A stretch of 50,415 bases of DNA from Candidatus Cloacimonadota bacterium (GTDB taxonomy: Bacteria > Cloacimonadota > Cloacimonadia > Cloacimonadales > TCS61): NCBI GenBank assembly GCA_016935235.1, contig JAFGRJ010000161.1, positions 1 through 50,415 on the forward strand, given 5' to 3'. Each line of letters opens with the position of its first letter. The stretch's first letter is position 1. The translations under genes were made by a program, and so were the position numbers. Shown here piece by piece: positions 18,893-26,395 of the stretch. The notes under the pieces were generated by a model. It was not told the DNA's origin. It ran no database searches and was given only the letters and a program-made list of their open reading frames with translations.

Positions 18893-20719
18893 TCAGGAAT
18901 TTAACACCACGGTTTCGCGCTCTTCCAGAAACTGATTGGTGTAAAGGCTGTAATAATGACCTTTACGGTTGATCAGCTCATGATGGTTACCGCTCTCGAT
19001 TATCTCGCCTTTACGAATAACCAGAATCCGGTCCGCAGACCTTATCGTAGATAACCTGTGAGCAACAAGGAAACTGGTCCGGTTGCGCAATATCTTCTGG
19101 ATGGCATCCTGGATCTTCTTCTCCGTTTCCGTATCAACAGAAGAAGTCGCTTCATCAAGCACGAAGATGCGAGGATCAGCCAGAACTGCCCGGGCAAAGG
19201 AAATCAATTGTTTCTGCCCGGTGGACAGCAGGCTGCCACCTTCTCCTACTTCGGACAGATAGCCCTTCTCCATGGTTGTGATGAATTCATGAGCATTCAC
19301 CAGCTTCGCTGCTTCTTCTATCTTGGCATCATCCACCTCCAGATTACCGTAGGCAATATTATCCCGAACTGTACCACTGAACAGATGAGGACTTTGCAAT
19401 ACATACCCTAGATTAGATTGTAGCCAGAGCTGAGACCTTTGCCGATAATCGCAGCCATCGATCAAGATCTCCCCTGCATCAGGTTCATAGAAACGACAGG
19501 TAAGATTTACGATCGTGCTCTTGCCCGAACCGGTTTCACCTATCAGGGCTATGGTCTCACCTGCTTTGATGTCCAGATTGAAATTCTGCAAAACCTTTTC
19601 CCCATTTTTGTAGGCAAAGCTTACATTGCGAAAGCTGATATCACCTTTGATAACTGCCTTCTCCTTTTTTCCAGTTGCAATGACATTACCATAAGTCTCT
19701 AAAATCTCAGGGGAATCAGTAATTTGCGGGATCTCCTCCAGCAGTGAAAAGATCCTCTCTGCAGACGCCTGAGCATTCTGCAGTTCAGCAAAGATACGTG
19801 CCATTTCATGAAGAGGTTCGAAAAACTGAACCGTATAGGAAATAAACGCCACCAGTGTACCGTAAGATAAAAGGTCAAGAACCACCTTTTCCCCACCCAG
19901 CCAGATAGCCAGTCCCGTACCAATACTGCCCAGACTCAATACTACTGGCAGATAGATTGCCGAAAAAACCGCAGCTTTAACAGAAGAGGAATACATATTA
20001 CGGCTCAGGTTCTGAAATTCTCTCAGATTTTCTTTTTCCCGCACCAGGGTTTTTGTTGTCTTGGCTCCTGAAATACCCTCATTGAAAGCACCCGTAATTT
20101 TGGAATTGGTTTTTCTTACGATACGGTAAGCACCGAGAATTTTTTTCTGAAAAAACAGGCTTAAAATCACCAGCACTGGAACCACAGTGAGCGTTATCAA
20201 GGCAAGTTTCCAGTTCAGGATGAGGATAATGACAGCGATCAAAATCATCAACGATAAACCCCAGACCATATCTACCAGCCCCCAGGATATGAAGCTGCCC
20301 AAACGCAGACTATCTGAAGTCATCCTGGCCATCATCCAGCCTACCGGCGTGCGGTCATAATAGCTGAAGGAAAGTTCCTGCAGATGCTGAAAGGTTTTCT
20401 TACGGATATCATAGGTTAGATCCATTTCTATCCTGCCAGCAATGGCTATGAAAAAGTAAATATTCCCTGATTGAATAAGGATCAACATGAAGTAAACCAG
20501 GGTAAAGAGACCCAATCCCCTGCTTGTTGCCGGAATGATAAAGTGATCGACAGCATATCTGCTCATAAGCGGGAACAGGGCATCCACTCCTGCCAGGGCT
20601 ATCATGAATAAAGCCAGAACCAGTAACCGTTTCCGATAGGGTTTAAGGAATACCCCCAGTTTTTTCCAGAGATTGGGATCAAATCTCTTTGTATAATCTT
20701 TTTCCTCAAAAGCGATCAT
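18893..20719 (-). CDS. ABC exporter half-transporter (TMD-NBD fusion, MdlB/type-IV exporter-like)
   Basis: Six N-terminal transmembrane helices, Walker A 'GETGSGKST', signature 'LSTGQKQ' and Walker B 'IFVLDEATS'. AAGGAG lies before the ATG. Confidence 0.85.
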   Translation of the reverse strand: MIAFEEKDYTKRFDPNLWKKLGVFLKPYRKRLLVLALFMIALAGVDALFPLMSRYAVDHFIIPATSRGLGLFTLVYFMLILIQSGNIYFFIAIAGRIEMDLTYDIRKKTFQHLQELSFSYYDRTPVGWMMARMTSDSLRLGSFISWGLVDMVWGLSLMILIAVIILILNWKLALITLTVVPVLVILSLFFQKKILGAYRIVRKTNSKITGAFNEGISGAKTTKTLVREKENLREFQNLSRNMYSSSVKAAVFSAIYLPVVLSLGSIGTGLAIWLGGEKVVLDLLSYGTLVAFISYTVQFFEPLHEMARIFAELQNAQASAERIFSLLEEIPQITDSPEILETYGNVIATGKKEKAVIKGDISFRNVSFAYKNGEKVLQNFNLDIKAGETIALIGETGSGKSTIVNLTCRFYEPDAGEILIDGCDYRQRSQLWLQSNLGYVLQSPHLFSGTVRDNIAYGNLEVDDAKIEEAAKLVNAHEFITTMEKGYLSEVGEGGSLLSTGQKQLISFARAVLADPRIFVLDEATSSVDTETEKKIQDAIQKILRNRTSFLVAHRLSTIRSADRILVIRKGEIIESGNHHELINRKGHYYSLYTNQFLEERETVVLNS

Positions 20720-20740
20720 TATTAACTCCTTAAAACAAGC

Positions 20741-22606
20741 TCAACTGATCTGTATTTCTTTCCCGTTATTGACATTCAGCTCGGCATTCCGATCATTAAT
20801 TTCACTGGCAAGTTCCTCTTCCAGTTCGTTCTGGATTGACCAGATTCTCTTGTACATCCCATCCTTATGCAGCAATTCAAGATGCGAACCCTGCTCAACT
20901 ATCATGCCATTATCCAGAACCAGAATCCTGTCCGCTTCCGCCAGGGTATTCAGGCGATGGGAAATGATGAAGGTCGTGGCGCGTTGCGGCCTCTTCTGTA
21001 ATTCCAGCCTTATAGTGGCATCAGTTCTGGTGTCCACAGCGCTCAGAGAATCGTCGAATATCAGGATAGGATTATTTCTGATCACAGCCCGGGCAATGGC
21101 AATTCTCTGTTTCTGACCTCCGGAAAGTGTTATTCCTCTTTCGCCAACCAGTGTGTCATAACCTTTCTCAAAGTTCAGGATAACATCATCAATAGCCGCT
21201 GCCCTGGCTGCATCACGAATATCTGCTTCCGTATAGTTCTCCACTGCCAGTCCGATGTTTTCCTGCAGGGTTTTTGAAAACAAAAATGGTTCCTGCAGGA
21301 CAATACCTATATTTTTGCGCAGCACCTTCTTATCATATTCTCTGATATCCCTGCCATCAATCAGAATGGCTCCTTCCTGCACATCATAGAGCCTCGGCAG
21401 CAGATGGACCAGGGTACTTTTACCAGCCCCGGTTCGACCCAGGATAGCTATGGTCTCACCGCTACTCACCCTGAAAGAAATATTCTTGAGCACAGGTTTG
21501 TCATGCTCATAACCGAAAGTCACATTCCTGAATTCTATATTACCCTGCAGGTAATTTTGAGCATTACCAGTACCTGAATCCTCAACTGGTTCATTGAGAA
21601 TCTGTTGTATCCGGTCCACTGAAACCAGTGCCTTCCCCATATCGGTCAATACCCTTCCCATCTGACGCACAGGCCAGAGCAGCATACCAACATAAGAGGA
21701 AAAGGCAAGCATAGTCCCCAGACTGATCATCCCGATTGCCGACCAATATGTTCCCAGGATCATTACCACCGCAATCTGCAACAGGCTCATGAAATCCGAT
21801 ACCGACCAGTACCAGGCCAGCAGTCGTATCAATCGGAAGGTAAGATCGCGATATTCACAATTCCTGATATCAAATTTTCTGATCTCGTAAGACTGCCGGG
21901 CAAATGCACGTACTACCCGCACACCTGTTAGATTTTCCTGCAAGACTGTGGACATTCTGCCTTCTGATTCATCGGAAGACTGAAAAGCTTTCTTTACCTT
22001 CAGGAAAAAAATTACGGCAAAAATGAAGATTGGTGGTATCAACGCCATGGATACCAGAGTCATCGTCAGATGCATGGGTAACATGAAGGATAAGGCAAAT
22101 CCTACCATGAACAGGGCTCTGCCAACTTCCACGAGCTGAACCGCCAGAAATCTTCTGATAGTCTCCACATCGGAAGTACAGCGCTGAATCAGGTCACCTG
22201 TCCTGGCATTGACATGATATTTGAAAGGTAAATACTGCAGGTGATCATAGACTTTATCCCTGATTCTCTGTACAATAGCTTCTGAAGCCACAGCGGACAA
22301 TTTGCCCTTGAAAAAGAGAAATAATCCCTGTGCCAGGGTAAGGCAAACCAGAATCAAACCGAAGATCCACAGACATTGGATCAAGGATGTTCTTCCACCC
22401 AGCTGCTGGAATAATCCGGAGAATACAGGCTGTAACCAGCCACCAACATCAAGCGGTTTATCGCCAATAACAGAATCAACTGTTATTCTCAGCAGCAGTG
22501 GCCAGATAAATCTAATGAAAGTCGCTATTCCTATAGAGGAAATGGAAAAAATATACAAACTCCTATAACCTTTCATGAAATTCCAGAGTATTTTCATTTT
22601 ATTCAT
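20741..22606 (-). CDS. ABC exporter half-transporter (TMD-NBD fusion, MdlA-like), probable heterodimer partner of the next gene
   Basis: N-terminal TMD, Walker A 'GRTGAGKST', signature 'LSGGQKQR' and Walker B 'ILIFDDSLS'. GAGG lies 6 nt before the ATG. Confidence 0.85.
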   Translation of the reverse strand: MNKMKILWNFMKGYRSLYIFSISSIGIATFIRFIWPLLLRITVDSVIGDKPLDVGGWLQPVFSGLFQQLGGRTSLIQCLWIFGLILVCLTLAQGLFLFFKGKLSAVASEAIVQRIRDKVYDHLQYLPFKYHVNARTGDLIQRCTSDVETIRRFLAVQLVEVGRALFMVGFALSFMLPMHLTMTLVSMALIPPIFIFAVIFFLKVKKAFQSSDESEGRMSTVLQENLTGVRVVRAFARQSYEIRKFDIRNCEYRDLTFRLIRLLAWYWSVSDFMSLLQIAVVMILGTYWSAIGMISLGTMLAFSSYVGMLLWPVRQMGRVLTDMGKALVSVDRIQQILNEPVEDSGTGNAQNYLQGNIEFRNVTFGYEHDKPVLKNISFRVSSGETIAILGRTGAGKSTLVHLLPRLYDVQEGAILIDGRDIREYDKKVLRKNIGIVLQEPFLFSKTLQENIGLAVENYTEADIRDAARAAAIDDVILNFEKGYDTLVGERGITLSGGQKQRIAIARAVIRNNPILIFDDSLSAVDTRTDATIRLELQKRPQRATTFIISHRLNTLAEADRILVLDNGMIVEQGSHLELLHKDGMYKRIWSIQNELEEELASEINDRNAELNVNNGKEIQIS

Positions 22607-22712
22607 CAGTACCTCGGTTCTTTATGCAATTTTCTATCTTCTGTAATATTTCGGAAAATAAACGCATATTTAGAAAAAATTCCATAACCAATCTGCTTTT
22701 TTGCCTTTCTGA

Positions 22713-22799
22713 TTACGTAAGGATTTTTTCGGATCTCCTCTCTATCCGGAAAGGCCAGGAAAAACATAATTTCAATAATACCAGTAAAAACCGCAGCAT
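22713..22799 (-). CDS. Candidate 28-aa small ORF (MLRFLLVLLKLCFSWPFRIERRSEKILT) in the leader, downstream of the terminator
   Basis: A perfect AAGGAGG (22811..22805) lies 5 nt before ATG 22799. The N-terminal half is hydrophobic and the tail is basic. It is the only SD-supported part of the 75-aa ORF in the track (22713..22940), which otherwise reads through a terminator hairpin. Confidence 0.35.
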   Translation of the reverse strand: MLRFLLVLLKLCFSWPFRIERRSEKILT

Positions 22800-22823
22800 T
22801 TTTGCCTCCTTTCCGTATCTGTT

Positions 22824-22865
22824 AAAAAAAAAGCTCAAGGTCGGGCATTTGCCCACCTTGAGCTT
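22824..22865 (-). terminator. Rho-independent terminator (15-bp stem, one bulge, 4-nt loop, U-run)
   Basis: The minus strand reads AAGCUCAAGGUGGGCA-AAU-GCCCGACCUUGAGCUU followed by U7-9 (A-run at 22824-22832 on the plus strand). It lies 218 nt upstream of ATG 22606. Confidence 0.7.
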
Positions 22866-22998
22866 TTCTATTGATACAAAATTGGTGGGACCAGCCCTTA
22901 TAGATACTGATCCCACCAAATCTATTATTTCTGAACTCACTCCTTCCGGATGAGTCAGCTTTTATAAATTCGCGGTTGTTTAAGCGGGACCAGTTGGG

Positions 22999-23037
22999 TC
23001 AGATAACAGTGCCCTGTGGTATCCGAAATAAGAACAT
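22999..23037 (-). CDS. Candidate 12-aa leader peptide (MFLFRIPQGTVI)
   Basis: A perfect AAGGAGG (23052..23046) lies 8 nt before ATG 23037. The stop codon UGA (23001..22999) abuts the first of the alternative-pairing RNA segments. Confidence 0.4.
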   Translation of the reverse strand: MFLFRIPQGTVI

Positions 23038-23377
23038 TATATCAGCCTCCTTTCTTAAAATTTACTCTTCATCTTAAACAACTTCAGCTTCGCTAATTTG
23101 AAAACGATATTTCAGTCAAGTTTTTTTTCCTGAAATAATTTTCCGAAATAACCTTTACCTGAAATCCACACTAACTAAGCAGATTATGTTCCATAATCAT
23201 AAGTTGTTTTATCATAATATAAATATATACTGATGGGAAATTTTTTACTGTCCGTTTTTGGCACTGCTTCCGTGCGAATATGGACAGGGATGAGATGTAT
23301 TTAGCATACTGATTCATTTAGCGGTTAAAAATATATTATGAAAAAAACTTGCACTTCATCAAAAGACAGAAAAAATG

Positions 23378-23386
23378 TGTTATAAT
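23378..23386 (+). promoter_or_regulatory. Candidate extended -10 promoter element (TGTTATAAT) for the K+ channel operon
   Basis: A TGnTATAAT match lies 28 nt upstream of the TTG start at 23414. The nearest TTGCAC (23349-23354) is 26 nt away and too far to act as a -35 element. Confidence 0.3.
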
Positions 23387-23413
23387 AATATTATCGAAGA
23401 AAAGGCCATGTAA

Positions 23414-24568
23414 TTGAAAAAATTTATCAGAAGAAAAACCCTGGTTTTTCGTAAAAATAAGAATACCCTTTTATTACTGAAGAACCTTTTTTTCATAATC
23501 CTGATAATAATGGCTGGTGCGGTTGGTGTACTGTTCTTTGAATACCAGACCGGGGGTATAAAGAATCTATTCGATGCAATCTGGTGGTCACTGGTAACAA
23601 TAACCACAGTAGGTTATGGTGACCTTTATCCCATAACTTTCTGGGGACGCATCATTGGAATTGTCTTCATCTTACTGGGCTTCATTGTTTTTTCCACATT
23701 CACAGCTTTCATCGCCAGTAATTTTATCGACAAGAAAATCAAGGAGAGAAAAGGATTGAATACCATAAAGGATAGAAATCATATCATGATCTGCGGCTGG
23801 AATAATTCTGCCCGCAAGATCCTGGATTTTACCAAGAAGTACGAAGATCTGCGGAATATTAAGGTGGTTCTGGTCAATGAGCTGGATGAGGGTGATATAT
23901 CTTCCGTGCAGAATAACTATCCTGATCTGGAGATAGGATTCATCAAGGGGGATATTACCAATCTGGACGTTCTGCTGAAGGGTAATATTACCGAAGCCAA
24001 ACATATTATCCTGCTGTACGATGAAAGCAAACCGCAGTCTGCTCCTTCGGATGAAAGAACCATTATCGCTGCCCATAACCTCTATGATCTCAATCTGAAA
24101 GGCATGATTAATATCCAGTTGAAAGACAAGAAATACCTGCCCAACATCCAGAGAACAAAAGTCCAGAATGTGGTCATATTTGATGATGTGGGAGGGAATC
24201 TACTCGCTAATGCCACATTGAATCCTTCCGTGCCGGACTTTGTTCAGGAAGCCCTGAAACTCAAAGATAACAAGGGCTTCAGGGAAATAGATATTCCTGA
24301 TGAATTTATTGGTAAAAATTATGGAGAGCTGTTCAATCATTTCAAAGAAAACAAAAATCTGGTTCTACTGGGAATCAGTTCTTCTCTCCCTGAATTCTCC
24401 ATCTCTTCTATTCTCTCCGATGATACTTCCTCTATCGACCGTTTTATCAAACGTCAGTTCGAATTATCCGGCAAGAAAATGGAAGTTCGGGAGTCACAAA
24501 CCCGCATCAAGATTAAACCTGAAGATTCCTATTTGATTCAGGATACCGACAAGGCGATTGTGCTGTGA
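23414..24568 (+). CDS. Potassium channel, 2TM pore domain plus RCK/TrkA-N domain
   Basis: Has the selectivity filter 'TTVGYGD', flanking transmembrane helices and a Rossmann-like RCK start 'IMICGWNNSARKI'. TTG is the only in-frame start that retains TM1. An ATG-TAA start-stop pair lies immediately upstream (23408-23413). Confidence 0.8.
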   Translation: MKKFIRRKTLVFRKNKNTLLLLKNLFFIILIIMAGAVGVLFFEYQTGGIKNLFDAIWWSLVTITTVGYGDLYPITFWGRIIGIVFILLGFIVFSTFTAFIASNFIDKKIKERKGLNTIKDRNHIMICGWNNSARKILDFTKKYEDLRNIKVVLVNELDEGDISSVQNNYPDLEIGFIKGDITNLDVLLKGNITEAKHIILLYDESKPQSAPSDERTIIAAHNLYDLNLKGMINIQLKDKKYLPNIQRTKVQNVVIFDDVGGNLLANATLNPSVPDFVQEALKLKDNKGFREIDIPDEFIGKNYGELFNHFKENKNLVLLGISSSLPEFSISSILSDDTSSIDRFIKRQFELSGKKMEVRESQTRIKIKPEDSYLIQDTDKAIVL

Positions 24569-24576
24569 GGTGAAAT

Positions 24577-25065
24577 GTGGATCTGGAATTTTTAAGAAAA
24601 GTATCTCTGTTCAGCAAACTCAGTACTGATGAATTAAACCTGGTAGCCCCCTGTCTGCATACCTGCCGTTTCAAGGAAGGTGAAAAAATCATTTCTGACC
24701 GGGAAGAAAGTGATAAGCTGTTTATCCTGCATCTGGGGAAGGTAGTGGTGTCAAAGAAAATGACCATGGTAGATCAGGAGGAGGAGCTGGATAAGACACT
24801 TACTGTCCTTTCTGCAGAAAATTTCATGTTCTTCGGAGAAATAGGTTTACTGGGTTTTCGCAAGAGGACTGCCAACGTTGTAGCTAAAACTGATTGTGAG
24901 TTATATTCCCTCAATCAGAAGGATTTCATGACACTAAGCGAAAAATACCCCGGTATTGGATTCAAGATCCTGCTGGAAATATCGCGGCAACTTTCACGAA
25001 TTCTGGAAAAGACTAACGAAGATGTTCTTAAACTTACCACTGCCCTGATTTATGCCCTGAAATAA
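24577..25065 (+). CDS. Stand-alone cyclic-nucleotide-binding (CAP/CNBD-fold) protein
   Basis: Has the phosphate-binding-cassette-like 'FFGEIGLL...RTANVVA'. It is 162 aa with no DNA-binding or transmembrane extension. The GTG start is preceded by GAGGTG, which overlaps the channel stop codon. Confidence 0.75.
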   Translation: MDLEFLRKVSLFSKLSTDELNLVAPCLHTCRFKEGEKIISDREESDKLFILHLGKVVVSKKMTMVDQEEELDKTLTVLSAENFMFFGEIGLLGFRKRTANVVAKTDCELYSLNQKDFMTLSEKYPGIGFKILLEISRQLSRILEKTNEDVLKLTTALIYALK

Positions 25066-25101
25066 TATCCTTGCAGAAAACAGCAGATCAGATAAACAGA
25101 A

Positions 25102-25126
25102 AAGCCCTCCTGCAAAAGGAGGGCTT
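25102..25126. terminator. Bidirectional stem-loop between convergent genes
   Basis: AAGCCCTCC-tgcaaaa-GGAGGGCTT, a 9-bp GC-rich stem, lies between the 3' ends at 25065 (+) and 25147 (-). The flanking A/T runs are short. Confidence 0.55.
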
Positions 25127-25146
25127 CAATCATTATTTACCCTGGA

Positions 25147-26268
25147 TTAGGGAAAATCGACCTGAATCTTGGTGCCGAAATAAATTTGAGAACCTTCATC
25201 ATTACCTGCGCCATCTTCCATGTCATCAATCATACCTAATTCGGGAATAAGTGTCATTACACTAGACAACTGGTATTTGATCTGTCCGAAAACTGCCATG
25301 GCAGTATCCTGATCATCCATGCCGTCCAGTTTGGAAGCATTAAAACCGACACCACCCAGAAAAGTCATTTTATCATTGATCTTATAACCGAACTGACCAA
25401 ATCCACCTGAAGAGAAATTATTGATAACCTCATCCTTTTCTCCATCCCAGCCTGAATTGGCTCCTGTTGAGGTAACGATACCGTAATCTGCAATATTCTG
25501 TCCGTAATTGAACTGCCCCATCAGACACAGATCACCTTTCTCATACTTTACTGTCAAAGCCAAAGCATAGGCAATCAGGTTCTCATTAGTGTTTTTCGTG
25601 ATAAACTCGCTGCTGGTGGAATCAGCGGGATCATAATCAGGATTGGGTTCTGCCCACAAAGCTATGTCCTTATTGTATTGAGCTACGTTAATACCGAAGG
25701 TGGCATGTACCATAACCTCATCGATATTCAATTTCATACCGATATTGGTGCGTGGCAGGAGGGCATCTACCATATCGGTCGAACAATCGGGGCAGGGTGA
25801 ATACCTTTTCGGTTCCATGAAGCTGATATAGGGTCCGTTCTTGAAGGTAAGCCTGATCTGAGGATTTCTGCTGTCGTAATAAGCACCGTAAGCGATCAGA
25901 CTTTCATCCTTACCGGAATATATTGAGGTTGCCTGAGCTGCCAGATCGCTGAAACCGGTGTAATCCTGGCCAACCAGAAGCTTGACCTTGTCAAAATCGT
26001 ATTCGCCATAGATCTTGCGCAGGTAGGCATCACCCCATTTGAAACCGAATTCGACATTGGCTTTCAACTTATCATATGCCAAATTCGCTCCGAATCTGCT
26101 GTTTGTATAAAGATTATAACTCATTATCAAGCGGGATTCTCCACCTGTGAAATCTTCATCCTCCTGAATATACCACATCCCGATACGGGCACTGCCATAA
26201 AAATCAAAATCGTAAGCTGACAGAAAAATGGGTAACAGCAATACTATTAATAAAGAAATTTTCTTCAT
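25147..26268 (-). CDS. Outer-membrane beta-barrel (porin-like) protein, family unassigned
   Basis: Has the signal peptide MKKISLLIVLLLPIFLSA and an alternating amphipathic, Gly/Tyr/Asp-rich sequence. AAGGAG lies before the ATG. Confidence 0.5.
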   Translation of the reverse strand: MKKISLLIVLLLPIFLSAYDFDFYGSARIGMWYIQEDEDFTGGESRLIMSYNLYTNSRFGANLAYDKLKANVEFGFKWGDAYLRKIYGEYDFDKVKLLVGQDYTGFSDLAAQATSIYSGKDESLIAYGAYYDSRNPQIRLTFKNGPYISFMEPKRYSPCPDCSTDMVDALLPRTNIGMKLNIDEVMVHATFGINVAQYNKDIALWAEPNPDYDPADSTSSEFITKNTNENLIAYALALTVKYEKGDLCLMGQFNYGQNIADYGIVTSTGANSGWDGEKDEVINNFSSGGFGQFGYKINDKMTFLGGVGFNASKLDGMDDQDTAMAVFGQIKYQLSSVMTLIPELGMIDDMEDGAGNDEGSQIYFGTKIQVDFP

Positions 26269-26344
26269 ATTCTCTCCTTAGGTTACTGGAAGTTGTTCAA
26301 AGAAAAATTATTATAAAGAATGATGTCAATTAGATTTTAAATAA

Positions 26345-26379
26345 TTAAGGCAGTTCCGTGATTAATGGAACTGCCTTAA
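26345..26379 (-). terminator. Stem-loop terminator after the upstream OMP gene
   Basis: TTAAGGCAGTTCC-N9-GGAACTGCCTTAA, a 13-bp stem, lies 17 nt past the stop at 26396. An AU-rich tract follows on the minus strand. Confidence 0.6.
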
Positions 26380-26395
26380 TGCAATTTTTCAGGTA

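Noticed and set aside
22624-22953. 109-aa (+) and 75-aa (-) ORFs in the ORF track spanning the big intergenic region
   Set aside because: Both read straight through the 15-bp terminator hairpin and lack start contexts. Only the SD-preceded 28-codon tail of the minus-strand ORF is retained, as a candidate.
22931-22958. Hairpin closed by a GGAA tetraloop (CUGACUCAUCC-GGAA-GGAGUGAGUUCAG), reminiscent of SRP RNA helix 8
   Set aside because: It lacks the conserved SRP internal-loop sequences (AGCAGC / GGUCAGG context) and the flanking helix 5. I treat it as part of the leader structure, not 4.5S RNA. I also saw no tmRNA, RNase P or 6S signature motifs in this gap.
23091-23119. TTGACT-N17-TTAGCG on the minus strand, as a promoter for the leader transcript
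   Set aside because: The -10 candidate is poor because it lacks the invariant final T. The real promoter of the leader could not be located with confidence.
23264-23280. TGGCAC in 'tttTGGCACtgcttCCGTGcg' upstream of the K+ channel, as a possible sigma54 -24 element
   Set aside because: The -12 position reads CCGT rather than TTGC at the required spacing, so it is not counted as a sigma54 promoter.
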